Shown here: one piece after another, positions 38,861 to 47,824 of the stretch | Numbering within the stretch: the stretch's first letter is position 1 | Layout of the letters: the number at the start of each line of letters is the position of its first letter | NCBI GenBank assembly: GCA_964507055.1 | Contig: CAZDOJ010000001.1 | Location: 849,313 to 913,312, forward strand | Source: an uncultured Gammaproteobacteria bacterium | Lineage (GTDB): Bacteria; Patescibacteriota; Microgenomatia; Levybacterales; UBA12049 | Length of the DNA: 64,000 nucleotides | Direction of reading: 5' to 3' | The notes under the pieces: model-generated | Databases searched by the model: none | The model's input: only the letters and a program-made list of their open reading frames with translations | Told to the model about the DNA's origin: nothing | Position numbers and translations under genes: made by a program

Positions 38861-39521
38861 TTGTTAATATTATCTTATTTTTAATACGATTTACCAATGG
38901 GCAAAGTAACGTATACATTGGTGCTCTCTTGCGGGAAAGCTCAGGGTTAATCAAAAGTCGTTTCAAAGATTTTTGTGTCGGCATTTCAGCGACAATACTA
39001 TATGTTTTTCCCATTCCCATAATACAATGAGAATCACTACTAGCTGCCTGAGATTTTTGATGCAGATTGGCAAATGCTAATGATTCTTCTGGCTTTCCTC
39101 TGACCTGCCCTCGTCCGTTAAAGACTTCTACAATATCTATTTCATCTTTTATCTTATCAAGACTTGATTGCTGTAACCCTTTTCTAAATATTTCATATGG
39201 ATGCGGTATATAGACAAGTGCATCCTGTTGTCTGATTCGGTTAACAGTCTCTACTGCATCTAATCCAGCGGGTATTGTTTCTTGCAAAAACAATCCTATG
39301 ATTTCTCCCTCCGTCGTTGTGATCTCTTCACCGATAATGATCTTATCACCATGTTTTTGTTGCATAATTCGAGCAAAACTAGTTTCATTATGATCTGTTA
39401 TAGCAATGCAATCGAGTCGTTCGGAAGAAAGTAATTTCTCATATTCCTCTGCAGTAATACCTCCATCATGTGATATGATTGAGTGAGAATGTAGATCAAC
39501 TTTATACTGTGTTTTATCCAT
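38853..39521 (-). CDS. PHP-domain metal-dependent phosphoesterase
   Basis: VDLHSHSIISHDG at the N-terminus (PHP motif I), ITDHNE, and HPYE. 222 aa. Confidence 0.75.
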   Translation of the reverse strand: MDKTQYKVDLHSHSIISHDGGITAEEYEKLLSSERLDCIAITDHNETSFARIMQQKHGDKIIIGEEITTTEGEIIGLFLQETIPAGLDAVETVNRIRQQDALVYIPHPYEIFRKGLQQSSLDKIKDEIDIVEVFNGRGQVRGKPEESLAFANLHQKSQAASSDSHCIMGMGKTYSIVAEMPTQKSLKRLLINPELSRKRAPMYTLLCPLVNRIKNKIILTNG

Positions 39522-40107
39522 GCTAAGTCAAAGTAAACAATCAGTCGAAAAAGTCCTCGAGCCACTAATTGAACCATTATCAAAGGTTAACCCAAACGTG
39601 CTTACTCTCTTAGGTAGTATACCACCTCTGGTATTCTTTGTCGCTATTATTAACCATATATATTGGCTGGCAATAGTTGCTTTCATTGGAAATCTCTTTG
39701 ATCTTCTCGATGGTATGGTTGCTAGAAAATATAAAAAAGTGACAGCATTTGGAGGCTTTTTGGATTCCACACTTGATCGAGTTGGAGATTTTCTGATCAT
39801 TACTTCATTTTCATTTGCAGGAATCGTTCGTTGGGAATTAACTATTCCATTACTACTTTTTGCATTCCTCACAAGTTATATTAGAAGTCGTGGAGAATTA
39901 GCAAAACCATCAGTAAGTTTTGCAGTAGGAATTGTTGAGAGAACAGAGCGTTTGATTGTTGTTGTTCTGGCATTAATCCTTCACATGATCTTTCCAGATT
40001 ACTCATTTTCAGGACTTAATGTGATGGAAGTAAGCTTTTTATTCTTAGCAATTTTATCCTTTTACACAGTTTTGCAGAGAATTATGTATGCCTACCGAAA
40101 ATTATAA
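39520..40107 (+). CDS. CDP-alcohol phosphatidyltransferase (archaetidyl/phosphatidyl-inositol-phosphate synthase-like)
   Basis: Complete D-x2-D-G-x2-A-R-x8-G-x3-D-x3-D signature (DLLDGMVARKYKKVTAFGGFLDSTLDRVGD). 195 aa with 5-6 TM helices. It is convergent with MIPS. Confidence 0.85.
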   Translation: MLSQSKQSVEKVLEPLIEPLSKVNPNVLTLLGSIPPLVFFVAIINHIYWLAIVAFIGNLFDLLDGMVARKYKKVTAFGGFLDSTLDRVGDFLIITSFSFAGIVRWELTIPLLLFAFLTSYIRSRGELAKPSVSFAVGIVERTERLIVVVLALILHMIFPDYSFSGLNVMEVSFLFLAILSFYTVLQRIMYAYRKL

Positions 40108-40143
40108 ATACTATTTCAACTTCACGCCTATTGAAGTCTGACA

Positions 40144-41238
40144 CTAATCAATCTTGTACTTTTTGATAAACTCTTCAACTTTTTCTCGTGCTATTGAATC
40201 TGTATATTGTTTGGGTGGAGACTTCATGAAATATGATGATGGCTCAACCAAAGGACCTCCTACATTATTGTCTAAAGCAAGTTTACAACATCTGATTGCA
40301 TCAATTACAACTCCCGCTGAATTTGGTGAGTCCTCCACAGAAAGACGTGCTTCAATATGCATTGGCACATCTCCAAAATGACGACTTTCAATCCGTATAA
40401 ATGCCACTTTATTATCTTTCATCCATTCAACGTAATCACTTGGGCCTATGTGTACATTTTCAGGAAGAATCGAGTCATCATGTAAATCAATTTGAGAAGT
40501 GACAGATTGTGTTTTGGATATTTCTTTGGACTTTAGTCTTTTTCTTTCGAGCATGTTTTGAAAGTCAGTATTGCCGCCAACATTTAATTGATACGTTCTA
40601 TCAATTGGCATCCCTCGATCTAAGAATAAATTAGTTAAAACTCTGTGAACAATTGTCGCTCCAACTTGTGCTTTTATATCATCACCAACAATTGGTACAT
40701 TTGCTTCTGTAAATTTTTTGCTCCATTTTTTGTCTGTTGCTATAAATACAGGCATACAATTAACCATTCCTACTTTTGCACGTAAGCAAATATCAGCCCA
40801 ATACTCTACTGCTTTTTGACTACCTACAGGAAGATAATTCACAAGGATTTCAGCACCAGAATCTTTTAAGATTTTTACTGGATCTGGAATTTTATTCTTG
40901 GAAACTTTGATAACATCTTTGACATACTCACCAATTCCATCCATTACCTCAGCATTTTTAACAGTAACACCTAGTTTTTGAACATTCGCGAAAATCGCGG
41001 TATTATTTGGATGTGCATAAATTGCCTCTCCCAAATCTTTTCCAACTTTTGTTTCATTGACATCGAAGGCAGCAACAACTTCAATATCACTAATAGTGTA
41101 GCCACCAAAATTCGTATGCATCAAACCAAATATCCGGTCATCTTCCTTAGCATTTTTATAATAAGTTAGTCCTTGAATAAGTGAAGATGCACAGTTGCCA
41201 ATGCCTACAACCGCAATTTTTATTTTTTTATTCCTCAT
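40144..41238 (-). CDS. ino1: myo-Inositol-1-phosphate synthase (inositol-3-phosphate synthase, short prokaryotic form)
   Basis: IKIAVVGIGNCASSLIQG NAD-binding N-terminus, 364 aa, matching compact archaeal/bacterial MIPS. Confidence 0.85.
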   Translation of the reverse strand: MRNKKIKIAVVGIGNCASSLIQGLTYYKNAKEDDRIFGLMHTNFGGYTISDIEVVAAFDVNETKVGKDLGEAIYAHPNNTAIFANVQKLGVTVKNAEVMDGIGEYVKDVIKVSKNKIPDPVKILKDSGAEILVNYLPVGSQKAVEYWADICLRAKVGMVNCMPVFIATDKKWSKKFTEANVPIVGDDIKAQVGATIVHRVLTNLFLDRGMPIDRTYQLNVGGNTDFQNMLERKRLKSKEISKTQSVTSQIDLHDDSILPENVHIGPSDYVEWMKDNKVAFIRIESRHFGDVPMHIEARLSVEDSPNSAGVVIDAIRCCKLALDNNVGGPLVEPSSYFMKSPPKQYTDSIAREKVEEFIKKYKID

Positions 41239-41308
41239 AAGATCTAAAGATACCAGATGAGTTGATAGTTGTAAAATTAATGATTCTTATGTTATATTAA
41301 TAAAATTA

Positions 41309-42157
41309 ATGATAGAAGAATTACACAGATTTATACTATTGGTTGAGAAGCGAAATGTAACGAAGGTCGCAGATAAGGTTTTTATCACACAGTCTGCAAT
41401 GTCTCAATCAATCAAACGACTTGAGAAAGAACTTGGAGTAAAGTTAGTCATTCAGAAAGGTAAGCAGTTAGATATTACGAGTGATGGTATGGCAGTTGCA
41501 GAACTCGGGACAAAAATCCTTCAACTCTGGGAACGTGCAAAAGATCCTCAAAAGCGTATAGGCGAAAAACAAATAATATCTCTTGGCCTTTTTGATAATG
41601 CAGCACTTAAATTAGGTGAGTATTTTCAAGATTCAATTATAAAAAATGATTTCAAAATAGAGCTAACGATTAATGCATCAGGAAAAATTTTCTCACAGCT
41701 TATGCTTGGCATATATGATCTTGCAATCTGTGTCGTAGATAATAAAAATTCCCTTCCGAAAACAGTACATCATATAAAAAGCTTCACCGAAGAATTGATT
41801 CCTGTTTCATCAAAAAAATTTAAGGGTAAGCTTGAAGATATCCCATTTATTTTATATAACATTGGTTCACATACAAGAGAACATATTGATGAGATATTTG
41901 AAAAAAATCAAATCAAGCCAAATGTCTTTGCAGAATCAACGAGTACTACTTTTATGAAAGAACTTGCTCTTCTTGGAAGCGGTATCGCTTTATTACCAAA
42001 GAATTCTGTTTCTGCTGAATTGTCACAAGGACTTCTAAAAAAATACTCTTTGCCTTTTAAGTTTTATCGCGAATATGGTCTTTATATTTCGACACAAAGT
42101 CTACTTCAAAAGGACCATCAGATTATTAAGGATATAAGTAAGATATTGGGGAAATAG
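41309..42157 (+). CDS. LysR-family transcriptional regulator
   Basis: N-terminal wHTH (VTKVADKVFITQSAMSQSIKRLEKELGVKL) plus a C-terminal substrate-binding domain. It is divergent from ino1 across a 70-bp intergenic region. Confidence 0.8.
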   Translation: MIEELHRFILLVEKRNVTKVADKVFITQSAMSQSIKRLEKELGVKLVIQKGKQLDITSDGMAVAELGTKILQLWERAKDPQKRIGEKQIISLGLFDNAALKLGEYFQDSIIKNDFKIELTINASGKIFSQLMLGIYDLAICVVDNKNSLPKTVHHIKSFTEELIPVSSKKFKGKLEDIPFILYNIGSHTREHIDEIFEKNQIKPNVFAESTSTTFMKELALLGSGIALLPKNSVSAELSQGLLKKYSLPFKFYREYGLYISTQSLLQKDHQIIKDISKILGK

Positions 42158-42904
42158 TTATTTCGTTTTTCCTAAGCCTTTCATTGCTTCAAGGACTTCG
42201 ATTGGGACAGCAAAAACAACTGTATTGGATTGATCGGAAGATATGTCATTGATTGAATTTAATGTTCTCAAATGCAATGCTCCAGGTGCATTAGCCATAA
42301 GTTTTGCGGCTTTTGAGAGATTTTCTGCGGCAACAACTTCTCCCTCAGAATTAATAATAGTAGCTCGTCTTTCTCGCTCTGCTTCAGCTTGTTTTGCCAT
42401 TGTTCTTTTCATGGTTTCTGGCAAAACGATATCTTTTAATTCAACAGTGAGAACTTCAAGTCCCCATTGTGTCGTTGTTTCTCGAACAATATCCTTAATT
42501 CTCGTTGCTACCTTATCACGATTTGTAAGTAAGGAATCGAGGTCAATTTCACCAATAACATTTCGCATAGTAGTTTGTGCCAATTGATGAACTGCCACAT
42601 AAAAATTCTCTACTTCAAGAACTGCTTTCGATGCATCTGTTACTTTGTAATAAATAACTGCGGAGATACTCGCAGAGATATTATCTTTGGTAATTGCTTC
42701 TTGATTTGGGACATCTACAGCTTTTGTACGGATATCAATTTTTTGATATGACTGCACAATCGGAAGCACAATTCTCCATCCAGGTTCCATAACACCTGTA
42801 TATTTCCCAAATGAGAATTTTACACCGCGTTGATATTGATTAATTTGTTTAATCGAAATAAGTAGAATAAAAAGAATCGGCAAAATGATTATTGCAAGTT
42901 CCAT
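42158..42904 (-). CDS. SPFH/band-7 (stomatin/prohibitin-like) membrane protein
   Basis: N-terminal TM, then band-7 core (QRGVKFSFGKY...VLEVENF...) and a C-terminal coiled coil (AKQAEAERERRA). Confidence 0.85.
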   Translation of the reverse strand: MELAIIILPILFILLISIKQINQYQRGVKFSFGKYTGVMEPGWRIVLPIVQSYQKIDIRTKAVDVPNQEAITKDNISASISAVIYYKVTDASKAVLEVENFYVAVHQLAQTTMRNVIGEIDLDSLLTNRDKVATRIKDIVRETTTQWGLEVLTVELKDIVLPETMKRTMAKQAEAERERRATIINSEGEVVAAENLSKAAKLMANAPGALHLRTLNSINDISSDQSNTVVFAVPIEVLEAMKGLGKTK

Positions 42905-43146
42905 TGAAGTTATTGTATACCCGGGAGAGAGCTATTGCAAGCTTTATCTATGAAATATGTGCCTATACATCTCTTCAACAAATCTTACAATACTATATAG
43001 ACAATAACGAGTCTTGGGTATATAATTCTTTTTTATGCTAAGATTTTGCTCATTCATTGCCACACAGGGAAAACACTTAACTCCTTAAATCGCACGTATT
43101 AATACGAATATTTACTTGCAGGAATAACCTGACCACTATTATCGTT

Positions 43147-44337
43147 ATGCAAACTCAAATAATTACAAATCATATAAATCAATTTGCTTCAAATGCCCCA
43201 ACTGTTGTTGTATCTGCAACAGGTAAAGAAAGGCTTGTTTGGACAGAAATCGATTTGAAGAAATTTAGAGACAATTATCTAAATATCAAAAAGTTTGTGC
43301 AACCTGATGTAAAAATTATGGGAGTTCTTAAAGCCAATGCATATGGACATGGAATCAAGCATATTGGCCATGAATTAGAGAAATTAGGTGCAAATTACCT
43401 TGCAGTTGCATGTATTTATGAAGGAAAGCAATTAAGAGACGCTGGTATTACTTTGCCTATTCTTCTTCTTGGATATACGGATCCACACAGCGTTGCTTTA
43501 GCACTTGATTACAATTTAACTATAAGCGTCAAAGATGAAGATGTATTGAAAGAAATTGCGGAACAGGCGGAAAAAAAGAATATCACTGCAAATATTCACG
43601 TAAATGTTGATACTGGTATGCATTTTTATGGGGTTACTCCTGACAAGGCTATTCCTCTTATTATTAATACACAGTCGTACAAACATGTTTTCTTGGAGGG
43701 TATCTTTAGTCATTTTGCTGATGCAGAAGCAGAAGATTTAACATATGCATATCAACAGGTCGCTGCATTTGAATATATTCTTGATGAAGTTAAGAAATAT
43801 GGGATAACTCCTCCTTTAATTCATATGGCAAATGGGGCTGCGATAGTAAGAATGCCGAAAGCTCACTTCACAATGGTCCGACCTGGGACATTTTTATATG
43901 GCCCGCAAACCGGTGAGCAAATTCCAGGATACACGCCCGAACAAGTTTTATCTTTTAAAACTGTAATTACACATATAAGAAAACTAAACGAAGGCGAAAG
44001 TGTAGGATATGGACAATCTTTCATTGCCAATAAGGAATCTGTCATTGCTTCAATACCCGTGGGCTATGCAGATGGCTTCCACAGAAACACGGAATACTTC
44101 GGATATGTTTTAGTACATGGGAAAAAAGCTCCAGTTATTATTAAACCAGCAATGGATCAGACCGCAATTGATATCACAGGAATCCAAGATGTAAAAGTGG
44201 GAGATGAAGTTGTATTAATAGGAGAACAAGGCAAATCAGAAATAACTCTCAATGAAGTTGCTGAACATATGCATACCGCAAATTACGCAATTTTATCGGG
44301 TATTACAGAACGTGTATCAAGAAAGTACAAGGGGTAA
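43147..44337 (+). CDS. alr: Alanine racemase
   Basis: VLKANAYGHG PLP-lysine motif, WTEIDL, and a C-terminal beta-domain; 396 aa. Confidence 0.85.
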   Translation: MQTQIITNHINQFASNAPTVVVSATGKERLVWTEIDLKKFRDNYLNIKKFVQPDVKIMGVLKANAYGHGIKHIGHELEKLGANYLAVACIYEGKQLRDAGITLPILLLGYTDPHSVALALDYNLTISVKDEDVLKEIAEQAEKKNITANIHVNVDTGMHFYGVTPDKAIPLIINTQSYKHVFLEGIFSHFADAEAEDLTYAYQQVAAFEYILDEVKKYGITPPLIHMANGAAIVRMPKAHFTMVRPGTFLYGPQTGEQIPGYTPEQVLSFKTVITHIRKLNEGESVGYGQSFIANKESVIASIPVGYADGFHRNTEYFGYVLVHGKKAPVIIKPAMDQTAIDITGIQDVKVGDEVVLIGEQGKSEITLNEVAEHMHTANYAILSGITERVSRKYKG

Positions 44338-44341
44338 TTTT

Positions 44342-45922
44342 ATGCAAAAAAACATACATGCACATACAATAAGTACCAAAGTAATTACATCTCAAGGACT
44401 GAAAGTTTCTGATAAGACATTTGCAAAACTGAGAGATAAAGCATTTGCACGAAGACCTATGCTTCGCCATATTCTTGATATTTATGGTGATATGACATTG
44501 CTCGAATTTGCTAGAATTTATAATAGAACTAACGAAAAGTACATCCCAGAAAAACGGAAAGAAGAATTTATTGCGACATTTACAAATGAAGTCGAACGAC
44601 TACTAGGAAAAGATGTTGCCAGAACATGTCAGAAACAACTAGATGCTATATACAGAGTTATAACAACAGACCATCATGGCCCTATCAGCGAACCTGGAAT
44701 GGTAAACGGTAATATCCATAAAGCAATGCCATATTTATCAGGTGATGATCTGGTCAAAAATATTATTGTCCTAGGATGTGCAAATGTTTCTTTTGATAAT
44801 GAATCATTTCCCCGTGGCCTACTCTTCCATTCTAATCAAGATACTCAGACATTGTTAAATCAAATTGTATTTTATCCACGTGCCGTTCGACCATGTCCTG
44901 TTATTTATTATCCAGCGTATACAACTGAGAATCTTGAAAATGCGAAAAAAAGAATTATCACATGGGTACAAGAGAAGACAATAACTGAAACGCAAAAAGA
45001 AGAATTAAATCAACTTCTCTCAGATATTTATGCACACCCATCTGTCCTTTCTAGTACATTCTTTTCAGAACAGATTACAAGGACAAATTATATGTTGTGG
45101 AAGCGGATCATGAAAGAGCAGCCAAAAGCCCCAAACCTCATTTATATTGAACAAGAAAATATTGTAAATCAGCTTATTCTTAATTATCACTTAGACAATA
45201 AGACTTTGGTCAATAAATTATTATTTACTCCAAAATACCATAAATTGATAGAAAAATATTTTGACGGTATTCTTTGCGGCTTTTCAACAAAAGATAAAAC
45301 TGGCACATACCTATTTTGGGCATTACCAAAAGGACAAAAGTATCGCGTACAATTATGGAAAAAAGGAAATAAACTCCAAACTGAAGATGGACAGTACCAG
45401 ATAGAACTTACACCAGATGGTATTCGAAACGCGATTTTGAATAAAGAACTTATTCCAAGTACACTCATGTCATTTATTCTTCTCGCTTTCTATTATGGAG
45501 TGAGGCTCATTGGTGGATCCAATCAAACAACGTACCTTACCCAAATGAAGGAGGCATTTATGAACATGCAAAAAGAATATGGCGATATGGAAAGTTATGC
45601 ATTTGCTGAAGACGTTGTGACAACAGACCTTTCTATTGCTATAGAAAGTTTATCATTTGTCCAGACGCCAAGCGATAATAAAGTTCCAGCAACAGGTATT
45701 GATTTAGTATTGTACGGAAATAAATCAACTGTTCGGATTATGAGACAAATCGCCAGTGTGTTAACAGTAAAAGAAACTTTTTTTAGATCGCTTCCAGATT
45801 GCTATCGTTGGTATTACAAAGAAGCAGAACGTGATCCAAAACTTTCTCAAATTACCAAAGAAGATATGGAAAAATACTTAGGAATAGAACACAAAATAGT
45901 CGCTTCAGCTACAATAAGCTAA
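44342..45922 (+). CDS. Hypothetical protein (about 526 aa, soluble), translationally coupled to alr
   Basis: I trimmed the start to ATG 44342 (MQKNIHAHTIS...) with AAGGGG 8 nt upstream. The track start 44252 would overlap alr by 86 nt. No recognisable family or nucleotide-binding motif by eye. Confidence 0.55.
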   Translation: MQKNIHAHTISTKVITSQGLKVSDKTFAKLRDKAFARRPMLRHILDIYGDMTLLEFARIYNRTNEKYIPEKRKEEFIATFTNEVERLLGKDVARTCQKQLDAIYRVITTDHHGPISEPGMVNGNIHKAMPYLSGDDLVKNIIVLGCANVSFDNESFPRGLLFHSNQDTQTLLNQIVFYPRAVRPCPVIYYPAYTTENLENAKKRIITWVQEKTITETQKEELNQLLSDIYAHPSVLSSTFFSEQITRTNYMLWKRIMKEQPKAPNLIYIEQENIVNQLILNYHLDNKTLVNKLLFTPKYHKLIEKYFDGILCGFSTKDKTGTYLFWALPKGQKYRVQLWKKGNKLQTEDGQYQIELTPDGIRNAILNKELIPSTLMSFILLAFYYGVRLIGGSNQTTYLTQMKEAFMNMQKEYGDMESYAFAEDVVTTDLSIAIESLSFVQTPSDNKVPATGIDLVLYGNKSTVRIMRQIASVLTVKETFFRSLPDCYRWYYKEAERDPKLSQITKEDMEKYLGIEHKIVASATIS

Positions 45923-46021
45923 TAAGTATTGTATCTGCTACAATAACTAAACAAATGTCTATACTCCCTCAGATAGATATTCGTACAATATTTTTTCTAA
46001 CCAACTACTACGGTACATTCT

Positions 46022-47824
46022 ATGAACACAATTCATCAAACTTTAGAGCAATATTTTGGATATGATACTTTCCGTCCTTTGCAAGAAGAAATTGTAAAAG
46101 ATGTTCTTAATCAAAAGCATGTCTTTGTACTTATGCCAACCGGAGGAGGAAAATCACTTTGTTATCAATTGCCAAGTGTCGTTCTTAAAGGGACAACCAT
46201 AGTGATTTCTCCTTTAATTTCCTTAATGAAAGATCAGGTGGATTCACTCAATATTAGTGGAATTAAAGCAGCATTCTTGAATAGTTCACTTTCATCTTCC
46301 GAGCAGAAAAAAGTATTGCAACAATTACAATCAAAGGAAATTTCTCTTTTATATGTAGCACCTGAAAGACTTGCACAACCCGGTTTTATAGATACTTTAA
46401 AGGATATTGATATAAATTTCTTTGCAATTGATGAAGCCCATTGTATTTCGCAATGGGGACATGATTTCCGACCTGAATATAGACAGCTAAGAATCTTAAG
46501 AAAACATTTTCCCCATAAATCTATCATTGCACTGACAGCGACTGCTACCCCTCGTGTAAAGTCCGATATCATAAAAGAGTTAGACATAACAGACGCTGCA
46601 GTCTATCAAGCAAGTTTTGTCCGTCCAAATCTTTCATACAAAATCCTTCCCAAACAAAAACCTTTTGATCAAACACTTGCATATATCAAGTCGCGACCAA
46701 ATGAAGCAGGAATTGTGTATTGCCAATCTCGAAAGAAAGTTGAAAGTGTTGCGGAGCGACTAGAAGCAGAGGGTATACGAGCACTTCCATATCATGCAGG
46801 GTTGCCAGATGAAATACGTCAAAAGAATCAAGAACGATTTCTCAAAGAAGATGTAGATGTTATTGTCGCAACAGTTGCATTCGGTATGGGAATTAATAAA
46901 TCAAATGTACGATATGTTATCCACTATGATTTACCACAAAGTCTTGAACATTATTATCAAGAAACCGGTCGGGCTGGACGAGACGGGTTACCAAGTGAAT
47001 GTCTTTTTCTTTATAGTATCGCTGACAAGTATACATACGAACGATTTATTTTAGAAAAACAACGTGATGAAGAACAGCTAATTGCAAAGGCACAATTGCA
47101 ACGAGTTGTTGATTACGCCACAAGTAGGATTTGTCGAAGAAATCTTTTACTCCAATACTTTGCAGAAGAATCAAAAGAAACAAAATGTAATGCATGTGAC
47201 AATTGCCTTAATCCTCAAGTAACGATTGATGGCACAGTTCTTGCCCAAAAAATTCTTTCATGTGTTTACCGTGTGCAGGAAAGATTTGGTATTGGGCATA
47301 TTGCAGGAATTCTTACTGGTTCACAACAAAAAAAAATTATGCAATATCAACATGATAAACTTTCAACGTATGGAATAATTACAGATTATTCGTCACAAGA
47401 AATAAAAATGTTTATTTACGAGTTACTGCAATTAGGATATTTACAGCAATCAAAAGACCAATATGGACTTTTGTCATTAACAGCAAAAAGTAAACCACTA
47501 TTACTTGGAAAAGATACAATCCAACTAACAAAACCTATGGAGCAAAAAATTACAGTTAAAGAGAAACGTGATGCATACGATGATTACAACATGAACTCGC
47601 AACTCTTTAACCGTTTGCGATCCGTCCGGAAGAAACTTGCTGATGAACAGAGTGTCCCTCCATATATCATCTTTTCTGATGCAACACTCAAAGAAATGGC
47701 AACAACAATTCCACTGAGTCTAAAGCAGTTTGCACAAATCAAAGGAGTCGGTGCACAGAAATTAGAACAATATGGAGAAATATTTATTAGAACGATTAAA
47801 GGATTTGTAAGTTCATCAGTTTGA
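46022..47824 (+). CDS. recQ: ATP-dependent DNA helicase RecQ
   Basis: MPTGGGKSLCYQLP, DEAHCISQWGHDFR, a Zn-binding Cys cluster (CRRN...CNACDNC), and a C-terminal HRDC domain. Confidence 0.9.
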   Translation: MNTIHQTLEQYFGYDTFRPLQEEIVKDVLNQKHVFVLMPTGGGKSLCYQLPSVVLKGTTIVISPLISLMKDQVDSLNISGIKAAFLNSSLSSSEQKKVLQQLQSKEISLLYVAPERLAQPGFIDTLKDIDINFFAIDEAHCISQWGHDFRPEYRQLRILRKHFPHKSIIALTATATPRVKSDIIKELDITDAAVYQASFVRPNLSYKILPKQKPFDQTLAYIKSRPNEAGIVYCQSRKKVESVAERLEAEGIRALPYHAGLPDEIRQKNQERFLKEDVDVIVATVAFGMGINKSNVRYVIHYDLPQSLEHYYQETGRAGRDGLPSECLFLYSIADKYTYERFILEKQRDEEQLIAKAQLQRVVDYATSRICRRNLLLQYFAEESKETKCNACDNCLNPQVTIDGTVLAQKILSCVYRVQERFGIGHIAGILTGSQQKKIMQYQHDKLSTYGIITDYSSQEIKMFIYELLQLGYLQQSKDQYGLLSLTAKSKPLLLGKDTIQLTKPMEQKITVKEKRDAYDDYNMNSQLFNRLRSVRKKLADEQSVPPYIIFSDATLKEMATTIPLSLKQFAQIKGVGAQKLEQYGEIFIRTIKGFVSSSV

